From contig CAZJVM010000005.1 of assembly GCA_964549305.1 (NCBI GenBank), forward strand, positions 10,524-74,052: a stretch of DNA of 63,529 nucleotides, in the 5' to 3' direction. Origin of the DNA: an uncultured bacterium (GTDB taxonomy: Bacteria > Schekmanbacteria > GWA2-38-11 > J061). This document shows positions 20,752 to 30,829 of this stretch, one piece after another. Under the pieces are notes generated by a model. That model did not search any database, was not told the DNA's origin, and was given only the letters and a program-made list of their open reading frames with translations. Made by a program: the position numbers and the translations under genes. The number at the start of each line of letters is the position of its first letter. Positions within the stretch are counted from its first letter, which is position 1.

Positions 20752-23700
20752 TCAGGCGGAAATTTTTTGAAGATGAGTTTCCAGCTCTGAAAATGTGAAA
20801 GGTTTTAACAAATAGGGACGGGTGTTTGATTTCAGAAAATTAATGGTATTATCATTGCTCGTGTCTCCCGTCATAAAAAGAATTCTTCCGGAAAGGTTGG
20901 GAAACTCCTTCGTAATTCTGTCATACAATTCCTCGCCGCCGATTTCCGGCATTTTTATATCGCTGATTATGTAATCAAAATTTTTCATTTTTCTTATCAT
21001 TTTCAGGGCATCTGTTCCGTTTTCCGCTTCAAAGACATTAAATTGTTTCCTTTTGAAATATTCTTTTACACATTCCCTTAAGTCATCTTCATCATCTATT
21101 ACGAGAACATTCTTAGATTTCTCTTTCTTTGCGGGAGGTTTGAACTCAATAATATTGTCCTTATAGGACTTTCCGCCTTCAGAAACAGGAAGGTCAATAA
21201 GGAACTTCGCTCCGCCTTCCTTATTGTTTTTTGCATATATGCTTCCGCCATGCTCGAGGACAATACCGTAACTTATAGACAATCCTAATCCCGTTCCTTT
21301 TCCCACTTCCTTGGTCGTGAAGAAAGGATCAAAAATTCTTCCTGTTATATCTTCGGAAATGCCTCCTCCGTTATCGGAAACGCAAATTTGCACAAAGTCT
21401 TTCGCGTCTTTCTCGATTAAAGATGAAGTCACGTCTATCTGACCCGACTCAATACTGCGTTCATTAACGGAATGCTCGGCATTGACGAGCAGATTCAGCA
21501 ATACCTGCTGAATCTGCATAGGGTCTATGTTAACATCAGGCAGGGTATCATTTAAATTTACCGTAACATTTACTTTCTTTGCTTCTAACTCATATTGCTG
21601 AAGTTCGATGCTCTTCATTATAACTTCATTAATATCGCAGTTAACTCTTTCCGGTTTCTTTTTTCTTGCAAAAGCAAGAAGGTTTTGCACAATCTTTGCA
21701 GCGCGCTCGGACTGAGCCTTTATTCTTTCGATTTTATTCCTTGCATCCTCGCTGAGATGATTCTCCAAAAGAAGTTGAGAATATCCGTTAATTCCCGCCA
21801 GAGGATTGTTGAGTTCGTGGGCCACACCCGATACCAACTGCCCTATGGAAACCATCTTTTCCGCATGAAAGAGCTGTTCCTTGAGTTTTTTTTCTTCGGT
21901 TATATCACGGGCTATATGTAAAGCTCCCGTAATTTCCCCTTCAGGAGACTTAACGGGAGATACGGAAATCAAAAACCTTGTTTCATATCTTTCGTCTATC
22001 ATTTCCCCTGTTTCCGTTCTTCCGCTTTCCTTCATTTTAGAGTGGGGGCAACTGTTTTTACAGGTTTCTGAACGATATAAAACTTCGTGGCACTTCTTTC
22101 CCACAAGTTCATTAGGTTCCTTATTCAAAAACTTTGCCAAGCTTCTGTTCACTTTTATTATGATATTATTCCTGCTGATAATACAAACGTGGTCGTTAAC
22201 GGAATCAAAAGTCACTTCCCATTCCTCACGGGATTTTTTTATGGTTTTAAATAACATGGAGTTTTCGATTGCCACTCCTATTTGTTCCGAAATAGGTTTG
22301 AGAATCTGAATTTCTTCATTTGAATAATAATTCTTTGTTTTATTGTAAAAACTCAAAACTGCCGCTTTTTTCCCTTTGCTCCATACGGGATATGAAATGT
22401 ATGCTCCTATTCCCATACTTGTACAGGCTTTGTCCTCAGCAAAATATTGTTCCTTAGAAGTATCGCGTCTTAGGAAGGGTTGCCCCGTTTCAAGTACGAT
22501 ATCTATAGATGTGTTTTCCCTGTTAAACTCTCCCGATTTATCAACTTCAAAAGGAAGTCCTGAAAATGAAGAAAGAATCCTGGCTTTCTTCCTGTTTTTT
22601 TCAGAAGGCACAATAACAGCAAAGGCATCGAAGTCGATAATTTCTCTTATTGCCTCATTTAATTCTTCAAAAACATCTTCTAAATCAAGGCTCGAAGCGA
22701 GGATTCTCGTTATTTTAAAAATAGATGAAAGTTCCTTTTTACTCTTTGTCAAAGACTCCATAAGTTTCGAGTTTTGAATGCTTACGCAAACATTTTCACA
22801 GAGAAACTCGATATATTTGATTTTCTCTGGGGTAAATGACTTTTCATCCTCAGAAAGAAGCGTTAGAAATCCCACATTCCCCTTTTCATTAAATATAGGC
22901 GAATAGCAGATAGTGCATATTCTCTCTTTAATCATAAATACGTCTTCCGCATATTCGGCATCGGGACCTGACAGTACTTGCCTGATTGTAGTAGATTGTT
23001 TGTCGATGATGGCATCAAAGTAGGTTTTTTCCACTGAAATTCTTCCCCTGTTTGCGACTTTAAAACTTATCCCTTTGCTGTCAAAACTGTAGACTTCGGA
23101 AACATTTCGCTCCGATTCGTCGAAAATCCAGACACAGGCTCTTTTAAAATTTATGAGACGGGAAATATATTCCGCGAGACAATCTATCTGCTCTTTGATA
23201 TTCGAGCTTCTGTTCAGTGACCCCATAAAGACATTTAAATATTCCAACCCCTTATTCTGCCTGATTATCCTCTCTTCTCTTTCGTTTATTGCCATTGCCA
23301 GTGAATCAAGTTTCTCCCCCACCCCCTTATATTCATCAGCCAACTTATAGGGAATTCTGTCGCCACGGCGATTTTGAGATATTTCTCCGACTTTCTCTTC
23401 GATTTCCCGCAAAGACCGTCTTCTTCTTAAATTGAAAATTAAAAGTGTAATTGAAAGGCCTGCCACAAGGAAAAATATTTTAATGAAAGCTCTCTTTACA
23501 CTTTTGCCGCTCAGATATCCGGAAATCAGATTATCAGGTATTCCAAAGGAAAAATAATATGCTTCTTTTTTGCCCGCCTTTGAAGGCACGGCAAATTTAA
23601 AATTAATTTGGATATATTTTTGCAAATCACTGCTGAAAAGATTTTTTATTTCTCCCGGATTACGCTCGTTAAATAGTGGCAAAGAGCTGCCGAATTTAAC

Positions 23701-24078
23701 GATTTCGTCATTTTCTCCTATTAGCACCGCCTGAAGGGAATTTTTCAATTTACCGTAGAATACACTGTCTTCTTTGCCGGACCATTCGGAATGACACACA
23801 TCGCACTTTTTAAAACCGGAATATTTTTCTCCCGATATTTTCCTGATATCTTCATAGCCTGACACAGAAGACTTAAGTTCAGCAACGGTGGGATTTATAA
23901 AAAAAGCTATAAAGTGTTTTTTCAGCCTGTTAACGAGATTTTTTTTGGAATGTTCATATCCCCGGTATTCATCGGCAACGATAAAACAAGAAAGTATGAA
24001 AAAAAGACTGAGGAAAATTTTTAAAAAAGTGTTTTCAGAAATATTTTTTTTTAATTTATAAATCATTTTTGAATACAT
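20752..24078 (-). CDS. Hybrid sensor histidine kinase: TM-periplasmic(CxxCH)-TM-HAMP-GAF-GAF-PAS-HisKA-HATPase-REC
   Basis: H-box [32 protein letters not shown]; receiver IDDE...SDIKMP...KPF; CDVCH in the periplasmic segment. Confidence 0.9.
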   Translation of the reverse strand: MYSKMIYKLKKNISENTFLKIFLSLFFILSCFIVADEYRGYEHSKKNLVNRLKKHFIAFFINPTVAELKSSVSGYEDIRKISGEKYSGFKKCDVCHSEWSGKEDSVFYGKLKNSLQAVLIGENDEIVKFGSSLPLFNERNPGEIKNLFSSDLQKYIQINFKFAVPSKAGKKEAYYFSFGIPDNLISGYLSGKSVKRAFIKIFFLVAGLSITLLIFNLRRRRSLREIEEKVGEISQNRRGDRIPYKLADEYKGVGEKLDSLAMAINEREERIIRQNKGLEYLNVFMGSLNRSSNIKEQIDCLAEYISRLINFKRACVWIFDESERNVSEVYSFDSKGISFKVANRGRISVEKTYFDAIIDKQSTTIRQVLSGPDAEYAEDVFMIKERICTICYSPIFNEKGNVGFLTLLSEDEKSFTPEKIKYIEFLCENVCVSIQNSKLMESLTKSKKELSSIFKITRILASSLDLEDVFEELNEAIREIIDFDAFAVIVPSEKNRKKARILSSFSGLPFEVDKSGEFNRENTSIDIVLETGQPFLRRDTSKEQYFAEDKACTSMGIGAYISYPVWSKGKKAAVLSFYNKTKNYYSNEEIQILKPISEQIGVAIENSMLFKTIKKSREEWEVTFDSVNDHVCIISRNNIIIKVNRSLAKFLNKEPNELVGKKCHEVLYRSETCKNSCPHSKMKESGRTETGEMIDERYETRFLISVSPVKSPEGEITGALHIARDITEEKKLKEQLFHAEKMVSIGQLVSGVAHELNNPLAGINGYSQLLLENHLSEDARNKIERIKAQSERAAKIVQNLLAFARKKKPERVNCDINEVIMKSIELQQYELEAKKVNVTVNLNDTLPDVNIDPMQIQQVLLNLLVNAEHSVNERSIESGQIDVTSSLIEKDAKDFVQICVSDNGGGISEDITGRIFDPFFTTKEVGKGTGLGLSISYGIVLEHGGSIYAKNNKEGGAKFLIDLPVSEGGKSYKDNIIEFKPPAKKEKSKNVLVIDDEDDLRECVKEYFKRKQFNVFEAENGTDALKMIRKMKNFDYIISDIKMPEIGGEELYDRITKEFPNLSGRILFMTGDTSNDNTINFLKSNTRPYLLKPFTFSELETHLQKISA

Positions 24079-24156
24079 AATAACGTTTCCGGCAGTCTTA
24101 CTATTCGGAATAAGAAGCGTATAGTAGAGATATTTTCTCCATTAAAACAGCTTTCC

Positions 24157-24200
24157 TTGACTTAATAAAATCGGTAAATTATGATTCAATTCATATTGAA
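24157..24200 (+). promoter_or_regulatory. Candidate sigma70 promoter overlapped by inverted repeats (possible repressor operator)
   Basis: TTGACT (24157-62)-N17-TATGAT (24180-85); palindromes TATGA-N6-TCATA (24180-95) and TTCAAT-N4-ATTGAA (24185-200). Confidence 0.5.
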
Positions 24201-24242
24201 ATGCTTATTAATTTAACTAAATGTCCATAATTTCAGGAGCTA

Positions 24243-25529
24243 ATGATGAAAAAAGATTTGATTATTATCGGTGCCGGACCTTCGGGACTGATGTCGGCAT
24301 TAAGAGCGTCAAGACTGGGGTTAAGCTGTTATCTCATTGAAAAAAAATCAAAAATCGACACTTATAAACGCTCCTGTTGTTCTATGATTTTAACCGAACC
24401 GGGCATGCATGGAGAATACCTCGCCTTTGAAAAAGAGAGAATCTGCTTTCTCAAAAACGATTTTTCCATAAAATACACCGGAGGGTATACCGACCTTTGG
24501 CAAAGCATCAGAATTTCTCCTTCAGGCAATACTTTAAAACTCGGCAAAAAATCATTTCCCATTGCAAAGGTAATCGACAAGGCACAGCTTTTAAGAAATC
24601 TGGTAAATGAAATAGATTCATCATCGGTTGAAATCATTACCTCGACTGTTGCCGGAAGTTTGCGCGAGGATATGGACGGAGTTTCGGTAGATGCCGTAAA
24701 TAAGGGAAAAAAGATTTCATTAAAAGCTAAAATCGCTCTTGTCTGTGACGGAGTGAATTCCCATATTGTCGATTCGCTCGGTTTAAACAAAGACAGGAAG
24801 CATTTTTTCACTTCAAAGGTCGTATCCTATGTACTTGATAACACAAATATACCCTATCCGAACTCCTGGATTACATTTATGGGAAAGTCCGCTTCACCTA
24901 CAGGGGCAATTTATATGCTTCCGAAACCCATAGGTGAAGAAGGAAAAATATTATATGAAATCAGCCAGGGTCTTCCGCTAATAGGGAAAAGCAGTTACAG
25001 CGCAAAAGCACTGCTTGATAATTTCATAGAGACGAGCAACTTCAAAGACTGGTTTAAGGATTCCCATATAGTCGATGTGCACGGCACAACTCATATTATG
25101 CGCTCACCCATTAAAAAACCTTTTTTACAAAAAACACTTTTCGTGGGAGACAGCGCCGCTTTTATGGAAGTTGACAATCAGGGCGCTTTAATGTGTGGAT
25201 TGAACGCGGCAAACGCCGCAGTGAAGGAAATCAGAGGTGAAAATGGTTTTGAGGATTATTATAATTTCTGGAATGACTTTTTTGAATTTAACGATGAGTC
25301 ACTTTTAAGCCCTATCATCAAGGGATTCGGTTTCAGCGCATTCAGCGACGATGAAATCGACTATCTGTTCTCACTGACAAAAGGCGAGTTTCACAGCGGA
25401 TATGTAAATCATTTCACAGTAGGAAGGGTAATTTTGAATATTTTCATTGATAAACTTCCGCAAATAAGGAAAGAAAAACCGCAAATAGGGGAAAAACTGG
25501 AAAATTTTGTCAAAAAAATCAATGAATAG
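24243..25529 (+). CDS. FAD-dependent oxidoreductase, geranylgeranyl-reductase/FixC-like family
   Basis: IIGAGPSG...EK Rossmann motif, DG motif (CDGVNS), FVGDSA. Confidence 0.8.
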   Translation: MMKKDLIIIGAGPSGLMSALRASRLGLSCYLIEKKSKIDTYKRSCCSMILTEPGMHGEYLAFEKERICFLKNDFSIKYTGGYTDLWQSIRISPSGNTLKLGKKSFPIAKVIDKAQLLRNLVNEIDSSSVEIITSTVAGSLREDMDGVSVDAVNKGKKISLKAKIALVCDGVNSHIVDSLGLNKDRKHFFTSKVVSYVLDNTNIPYPNSWITFMGKSASPTGAIYMLPKPIGEEGKILYEISQGLPLIGKSSYSAKALLDNFIETSNFKDWFKDSHIVDVHGTTHIMRSPIKKPFLQKTLFVGDSAAFMEVDNQGALMCGLNAANAAVKEIRGENGFEDYYNFWNDFFEFNDESLLSPIIKGFGFSAFSDDEIDYLFSLTKGEFHSGYVNHFTVGRVILNIFIDKLPQIRKEKPQIGEKLENFVKKINE

Positions 25530-26114
25530 TTATAACTTATTGTTTTTTCGTATAATTTTGAGGCACATTTTCCCCGCAGATTCAGAGATGTTTTTAAGAG
25601 GCATTACATTATTTCCAACAATCCTGCTCCGGCATATTTCTCTCACCATACCAAACATTGCACGCACAGCAAGCTCATCATCGATATTTTCATCAAAAAT
25701 TCCGGTTTCCTTGCCGGTCCTGATAATATCCCTTGTTGTTTCGTAAATAATCCCTGTCTGTCCGTATTCGGGACGCATAAGGGCATCGACTTTTTCAGGA
25801 AGTTCCTGGAAAACTATTTTAAAAAGCGATTTATTGGTTTCGATTTCTCTGAAATGAAAATCAATTATTTTTTTTATCTTTTCTTCAGGAGTAGTGCATT
25901 TTTTAATGGAATTTAAAAATTTGCCTACAAATCCTTTCATTTTTTCCTCAAAAGCCCTCAGGAAAAGTTCTTCTTTGCTTGAAAAATAGTGATATATAGT
26001 TCCCTCTCCCACGCCGGCTTCCCGGGCAAGGTCCGCAGTGCGCGTTTCATGAAAACCTTTCTCAGCGAAAAGTTTCAACGCGCTTTCTATTATATTGTCC
26101 TTTTTTGTCTTCAA
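25530..26114 (-). CDS. TetR/AcrR family transcriptional regulator
   Basis: A.KLFAEKGF...LAREAGVGEGTIYHYFSSKEELF HTH. Confidence 0.93.
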   Translation of the reverse strand: MKTKKDNIIESALKLFAEKGFHETRTADLAREAGVGEGTIYHYFSSKEELFLRAFEEKMKGFVGKFLNSIKKCTTPEEKIKKIIDFHFREIETNKSLFKIVFQELPEKVDALMRPEYGQTGIIYETTRDIIRTGKETGIFDENIDDELAVRAMFGMVREICRSRIVGNNVMPLKNISESAGKMCLKIIRKNNKL

Positions 26115-26393
26115 CTCTTATAACCTGATGATTTATTTTTTTTCGAACAGATAATATTCATGATTCAGATAAAGTCAAGAATTAACATATTGAAAGATTT
26201 ATAAAACTATCGCTTTTTAAGCATTTTTAACTATCGAAAAAGTAAATTATTTCATTTGATAATATTCTTCAAATAGGTATAGTATTTCAGCTGTTAAAGA
26301 TTTTTCAGTAGGCAGAACCTATCTGACAACACAGTAAAGCATCCAAAACCTTTTTTATCAGGAATAATTAATAAAGTTACGGGAGAGAAAACA

Positions 26394-28223
26394 ATGTATG
26401 GATGGAGAGGTCTTGTATTACGCATTAACTTGACAACAGGAGAAATTAAAGAAGAGAAAGTCGATCCAAAAGTCGCAAAGGACTATATCGGTGGCAGAGG
26501 GTTGGGAATATATTACCTTAACCGCGACATGGATCCAAAAACCGACTCTTTTTCTCCGGAAAATATTATTGTTATGGCAGTCGGACCGCTTTCGGCAACG
26601 AGAATTCCCACAGGATCCCGCTATATGATAATGACCAAATCGCCTCTCACAGGTTCCGTAACCTGTTCAAACTCAGGAGGAAAATTTCCAAAAGAGATGA
26701 AAAAAACCGGTTATGACGCTTTAATATTTACCGGACGTTCGGAAAAACCGGTTTATCTTTGGGTCAATAACGGAAAATATGAACTTCGTTCAGCGGAACA
26801 TCTCTGGGGAAAAACGGTCAATGAAACAACGGATATCCTGAATAAGGAAACCCTGCCTGACGCAAAAGTTGCGTGCATAGGTCCCGCGGGAGAACGCCTC
26901 GTGCTTTTTGCCGCAGTTATGAACGACAAGGACAGGTCTGCCGCGCGATCAGGCGTGGGCGCCGTTATGGGTTCAAAAAACCTTAAAGCCGTTGTAGTCA
27001 AAGGTGACAAGGATGTACCTTTATACGACGAGAAAGAATTCAAGAAACTGCGCTCTGAAGCTCTAAATAAATTCAGGGAAGCGAATAAAGATATAACTCC
27101 CGTGCTTCGCATGTACGGGACATCATATGCCGTAGGTTCAAACCAGAAAGTCGGAATTCTCCCCACGAAAAATTTTCAGCACGGAACATTCGACAAATGG
27201 GAAAGCGTAAGCGCGGAAACTATGGTTAAAAAATATCTTGAAAAACCAAAGTTTTGCGCCGACTGTCCGATCGGCTGTGGAAGAGGAACAAAGGTAACCG
27301 ATCCCGGTTTCGAAGGCGAAGGGGAAGGTGCGGAATATGAAACAATTTACGCCTTAGGCCCCGACTGTATGAATGACAATCTCGGTGCGGTTCTCAAAGC
27401 AAACTATGTCTGTAACAACCTTGGGATGGACACTATCTCAATGGGCTCTGCAATTGCCTGCGCCATGGAGCTTTACGACAGAGGTTATATCTCGCAGGAA
27501 GACATCGGACAATCTCTTGAATGGGGAGATTCAAAAGCCATTGTCGATTTCACTGAAAAAACCGCATATCGCGAAGGATTCGGAGACATATTGGCTCAGG
27601 GAAGTTACAGAATGGCAGAACAATACGGACATCCTGAGCTTGCAATGGTATCCAAAAAGCAGGATTTAGCGGGATATCATCCCGCGGGAATCCAGGGTTT
27701 GGGACTTGCCTATGCAACTTCTCCTATTGGAGCGTCCCATATGCGCGCCCAGACCGCTTATTTCGAAGTTTTCGGCGTTCCCACATTGGTGGACCCTCAC
27801 GACTGGAAAACGAAACCTAAACTTGTAAGGCTTCATCAGGAGATGTCCGCAATTACCGATTCCACCGGTGTGTGTTATTTCTTTGCAATTCGTTACTATG
27901 TTCGCCCCGAGTTGGAGGTAACGCCTGAAGGTTTCTGTAATTTTTTAAACGCCGTTACAGGCGCGGGATATACTATCGAAGAAGTGCAGAAGGCGGGCGA
28001 AAGAATATTCAATGCGGAAAGACAGTTTATGGTCAACGCCGGATTTTCCCGCAAAGATGATTCTCTTCCCGACCGCCTGACTAAAACGCCCCTGCCCGAC
28101 GGCCCTTCAGAAGGACTTACGGTTCATCTTGACGATATGCTCGATGAATATTACAAACTGCGGGGATGGGATGAGAACGGAATCCCTAAAAAGGAAAAAT
28201 TAAAAGAGCTTGGGTTGGAATAG
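26394..28223 (+). CDS. aor: Aldehyde:ferredoxin oxidoreductase (tungsten/pterin AOR family)
   Basis: IGGRGLG, KSPLTG, IGPAGE, RSGVGAVMGSKNLKA, CADCPIGC (4Fe-4S), EYET, GMDTIS, YY.LRGWD..GIP. Confidence 0.95.
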   Translation: MYGWRGLVLRINLTTGEIKEEKVDPKVAKDYIGGRGLGIYYLNRDMDPKTDSFSPENIIVMAVGPLSATRIPTGSRYMIMTKSPLTGSVTCSNSGGKFPKEMKKTGYDALIFTGRSEKPVYLWVNNGKYELRSAEHLWGKTVNETTDILNKETLPDAKVACIGPAGERLVLFAAVMNDKDRSAARSGVGAVMGSKNLKAVVVKGDKDVPLYDEKEFKKLRSEALNKFREANKDITPVLRMYGTSYAVGSNQKVGILPTKNFQHGTFDKWESVSAETMVKKYLEKPKFCADCPIGCGRGTKVTDPGFEGEGEGAEYETIYALGPDCMNDNLGAVLKANYVCNNLGMDTISMGSAIACAMELYDRGYISQEDIGQSLEWGDSKAIVDFTEKTAYREGFGDILAQGSYRMAEQYGHPELAMVSKKQDLAGYHPAGIQGLGLAYATSPIGASHMRAQTAYFEVFGVPTLVDPHDWKTKPKLVRLHQEMSAITDSTGVCYFFAIRYYVRPELEVTPEGFCNFLNAVTGAGYTIEEVQKAGERIFNAERQFMVNAGFSRKDDSLPDRLTKTPLPDGPSEGLTVHLDDMLDEYYKLRGWDENGIPKKEKLKELGLE

Positions 28224-28249
28224 TTAACGGAAAAAATCTTGGGCAAATT

Positions 28250-28483
28250 ATGAGGATAAAAGTGAACCTTTTTGCATATTTGGCAAAATATTCTCCCGAA
28301 GGGAAAAGCGCTTTTTCTATGGAATTGAATGAGAATGCCATGATTGAGGATTTAATGGAACACCTCGGAATTCCCTCTGAAGAAAGCAGGACGATTCTCG
28401 TTAACGGCAGGCACTGCAAGGAAAACAAAGTTTTAAAAGAAGGAGACGAAGTTGTTCTAATGACTCCTGTTGAAGGCGGATAA
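28250..28483 (+). CDS. MoaD/ThiS family sulfur carrier
   Basis: 77 aa, ubiquitin-like, VNG...L.EGD.V....PVEGG C-terminus; directly after aor. Confidence 0.9.
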   Translation: MRIKVNLFAYLAKYSPEGKSAFSMELNENAMIEDLMEHLGIPSEESRTILVNGRHCKENKVLKEGDEVVLMTPVEGG

Positions 28484-28536
28484 TAGAATTGACATTTTAA
28501 AATTTTATACAAACAAAATAACTTTCTGTATATTGA

Positions 28537-28929
28537 GTGACTTGTACTTTTAAGATGATTCAACAAATCGTAGAAATGAAAACCTGTTCAAAACGCCGAT
28601 TATGTATTTCCCCATGTCCTGAAAATGCCATAGTTTTTGATACTCTTCATACTATCATCGTAAATGAAAAATGTTCATCCTGTGGAATTTGCGTTGAAGT
28701 ATGCCCGGGAAACAAATATTCCTTCGAAGCAATCAAAAAAACATACGCGGAAAGCAACAAATCCCCAAAGGGAAGAAGAGCTTTCAGGCCCTTACTGCGA
28801 TATCTTTGGGGAGATAAACAGCTTAAGGTTAATTCAGATGAAAAAAGAGATCCTTTTTTAAACATAGTGAGAGAAGAAGGGGCAAAAAGAGGAATTTTCA
28901 ATCCTTCCTCTGGTTACGCTAATCTATGA
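28537..28929 (+). pseudogene. Degenerate 2x[4Fe-4S] protein, probable remnant of an FrhB-family (F420 hydrogenase beta-like) gene
   Basis: The first ferredoxin motif is broken (CSKRRLCISPCP) and the second is intact (CSSCGICVEVCPG). An FrhB-N-like GPY..IF segment occurs only in another frame. The ORF is too short for a full FrhB. Confidence 0.5.
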
Positions 28930-28942
28930 CGGAGGTATTGCC

Positions 28943-29818
28943 ATGATTTTACTTGCGGGCGGCGCAGGGCAACTCGGTAGCGCAGTTTACAGAGTTTTGA
29001 GGAAAGAATACGATAGGGATTTCAGATGCCTGGATATAAAATCCGAAAAGCTCAATGAGTACAGAAAAGACGGAGTCGAAGTCTTTGAAATCAATCTATC
29101 TAAAGGAGAAGGAATTACAGAAGCCCTCAAGGGAGTCAAAGCGGTTATAAGCGTGGTCGGACTCCAGCGCGAATCGGAAACGGTCACTTATATGGATGTT
29201 GATTACGGAGGAAACAAAAATCTTTTATATGCGTCCAAAGAAGCCGGAGTTGAACATTTCAGCTATGTAAGTGCTCTTCAGACAGCCGAAAACGCTCCCA
29301 GAAAAGTACACAGAGCAAAATGGCTTATGGAAGAGGAATTACGAAAAAGCGGAATGAATCACACCATATTCAGGCCTTCCGGTTTTTTCTCGGATTTCAT
29401 CTATTACTTTGGGAAAAAATGCAAAGATGGAAACACGTTCACTATCATAGGTGACGGAAATATGAAAATTCAACCTATAAACATCGATGAGCTCGCACTC
29501 TGCCTTGTAAAATCTCATCAGACGCCTGGGGCTTTTAACAAAGTTTTTACGGCAGGCGGACCGGAGGTCATTACTCTAAACGAGCTTATTGAGTTTTACG
29601 CGGAATTCTTCAGGAAAGAAATTAAAATCAGGCATATTCCAATGGGGCTTATGAAATTTTTCGCAACAATCACCTTTAACAAGGTTATATCCAAAGATTT
29701 TCTCACACGTCTCGAAACAGACAGTATTTGCGATATTTCGGAGATAAAATCGGCGTTTGGGATAGAATTTACGTCATTAAAGGACTATATAAGAAAATTT
29801 GACTGGTCAAAGGTTTAG
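28943..29818 (+). CDS. Atypical SDR / NmrA-like NAD(P)-binding protein (NDUFA9-like)
   Basis: GGAGQLG, VDYGGN.NL...A, K..ME..L..SG, RPSGF. Confidence 0.85.
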   Translation: MILLAGGAGQLGSAVYRVLRKEYDRDFRCLDIKSEKLNEYRKDGVEVFEINLSKGEGITEALKGVKAVISVVGLQRESETVTYMDVDYGGNKNLLYASKEAGVEHFSYVSALQTAENAPRKVHRAKWLMEEELRKSGMNHTIFRPSGFFSDFIYYFGKKCKDGNTFTIIGDGNMKIQPINIDELALCLVKSHQTPGAFNKVFTAGGPEVITLNELIEFYAEFFRKEIKIRHIPMGLMKFFATITFNKVISKDFLTRLETDSICDISEIKSAFGIEFTSLKDYIRKFDWSKV

Positions 29819-29829
29819 GCACAAAAGAG

Positions 29830-30243
29830 CTAACGCATAAAGGCAAAAGAGCGGATTTTTATTATCACTCCTGAAATCATTATTCCGACGGAATCTATCA
29901 TTACGTCTATATAACTGCCGTGTCTTCCCATGACAAATGTCTGATGCATTTCATCGCTGATTGCAAGAGAGAGGGTGATAGCAAAGGCAATTAATATTGA
30001 CTGTCTGAAGTAAATTTCCTTTTGACCTTTAATTCTCCTCTTTCCCCACACCGCATTAAAAATCAAAAAACCCAAAACGGTAAATTCAAAAATATGGGCG
30101 CATTTCCTCAGTAAAAAGTCGTAAGTCAGTCCGGAATTAAGATTAGGCTGGTTGGACAAGTAAAACATAATGCCATACCAGATGATGACAGGTCCCCAGA
30201 GCCTTATAAAGCTAATATTGTTTCCATTTTCATTATTGGGCAC
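29830..30243 (-). CDS. VanZ family membrane protein
   Basis: RK.AH.FEF..LG and DE.HQ.FV.GR.....D...D. Confidence 0.88.
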   Translation of the reverse strand: MPNNENGNNISFIRLWGPVIIWYGIMFYLSNQPNLNSGLTYDFLLRKCAHIFEFTVLGFLIFNAVWGKRRIKGQKEIYFRQSILIAFAITLSLAISDEMHQTFVMGRHGSYIDVMIDSVGIMISGVIIKIRSFAFMR

Positions 30244-30256
30244 ACAACACCTTATT

Positions 30257-30829
30257 TTATTTTTTTTCAGAAACAGATTTATATTGTTCTAAATATTTTT
30301 CTGAGGCGGATTTGTCTCCCCTTTGGGAGTTTATTAAACTCATATTAAAAAGAGCGACTGCGTTTCCGGAGTTTTTTTTCAAAACACCCTTAAAGATTTC
30401 TTCCGACATTTCTAAATTTCCTGCTTTTCTGTATGAAATGCCCAATGCTTCCATTGCCGTTTCATTATTCGGAAATTTTTCAAGGAAACTCTTAAATGCG
30501 GTTACCGATTCTTTCCACTTCATCAATGTCTGATAGCAATAACCCAACCTCAAATAATATTGAGGATTGAGCAGTGACGCTTTCTTATAAAAAAAAGACG
30601 CCTTTTCATAATCCAATTTATTTTCCTCTATTTCTCCCAGGTGAAAATAACATTCCCCACAATTTTCATTTCCCTTTAATACATCCATAAACCGTTTTGC
30701 GGAATTGTCCCAATCGCCGATTTTTTTATATTTCAGAGCATCGTCCATCAGTGTGTTTCCGGCAAATGAAGAATATGTAAAAACAAATATAATAAAAACA
30801 CAGAAAACGGCTATTCTTGATTTATCCAT
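30257..30829 (-). CDS. Secreted tetratricopeptide-repeat protein
   Basis: Signal peptide ending SFA; about 4-5 TPRs. Confidence 0.8.
   Translation of the reverse strand: MDKSRIAVFCVFIIFVFTYSSFAGNTLMDDALKYKKIGDWDNSAKRFMDVLKGNENCGECYFHLGEIEENKLDYEKASFFYKKASLLNPQYYLRLGYCYQTLMKWKESVTAFKSFLEKFPNNETAMEALGISYRKAGNLEMSEEIFKGVLKKNSGNAVALFNMSLINSQRGDKSASEKYLEQYKSVSEKK

Noticed and set aside
26115-26393. Moco/tungsten-cofactor riboswitch upstream of aor
   Set aside because: The region is very AT-rich with only one small hairpin (TAGG-cagaa-CCTA); I see no multi-stem motif. An Infernal/Rfam scan would settle it.
24243-29818. Chlorophyll-pathway reading (BchP-like reductase, BciB-like FrhB remnant, BciA-like SDR)
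   Set aside because: These are broad superfamilies, and there are no bch/chl, chelatase or reaction-centre genes in the window.
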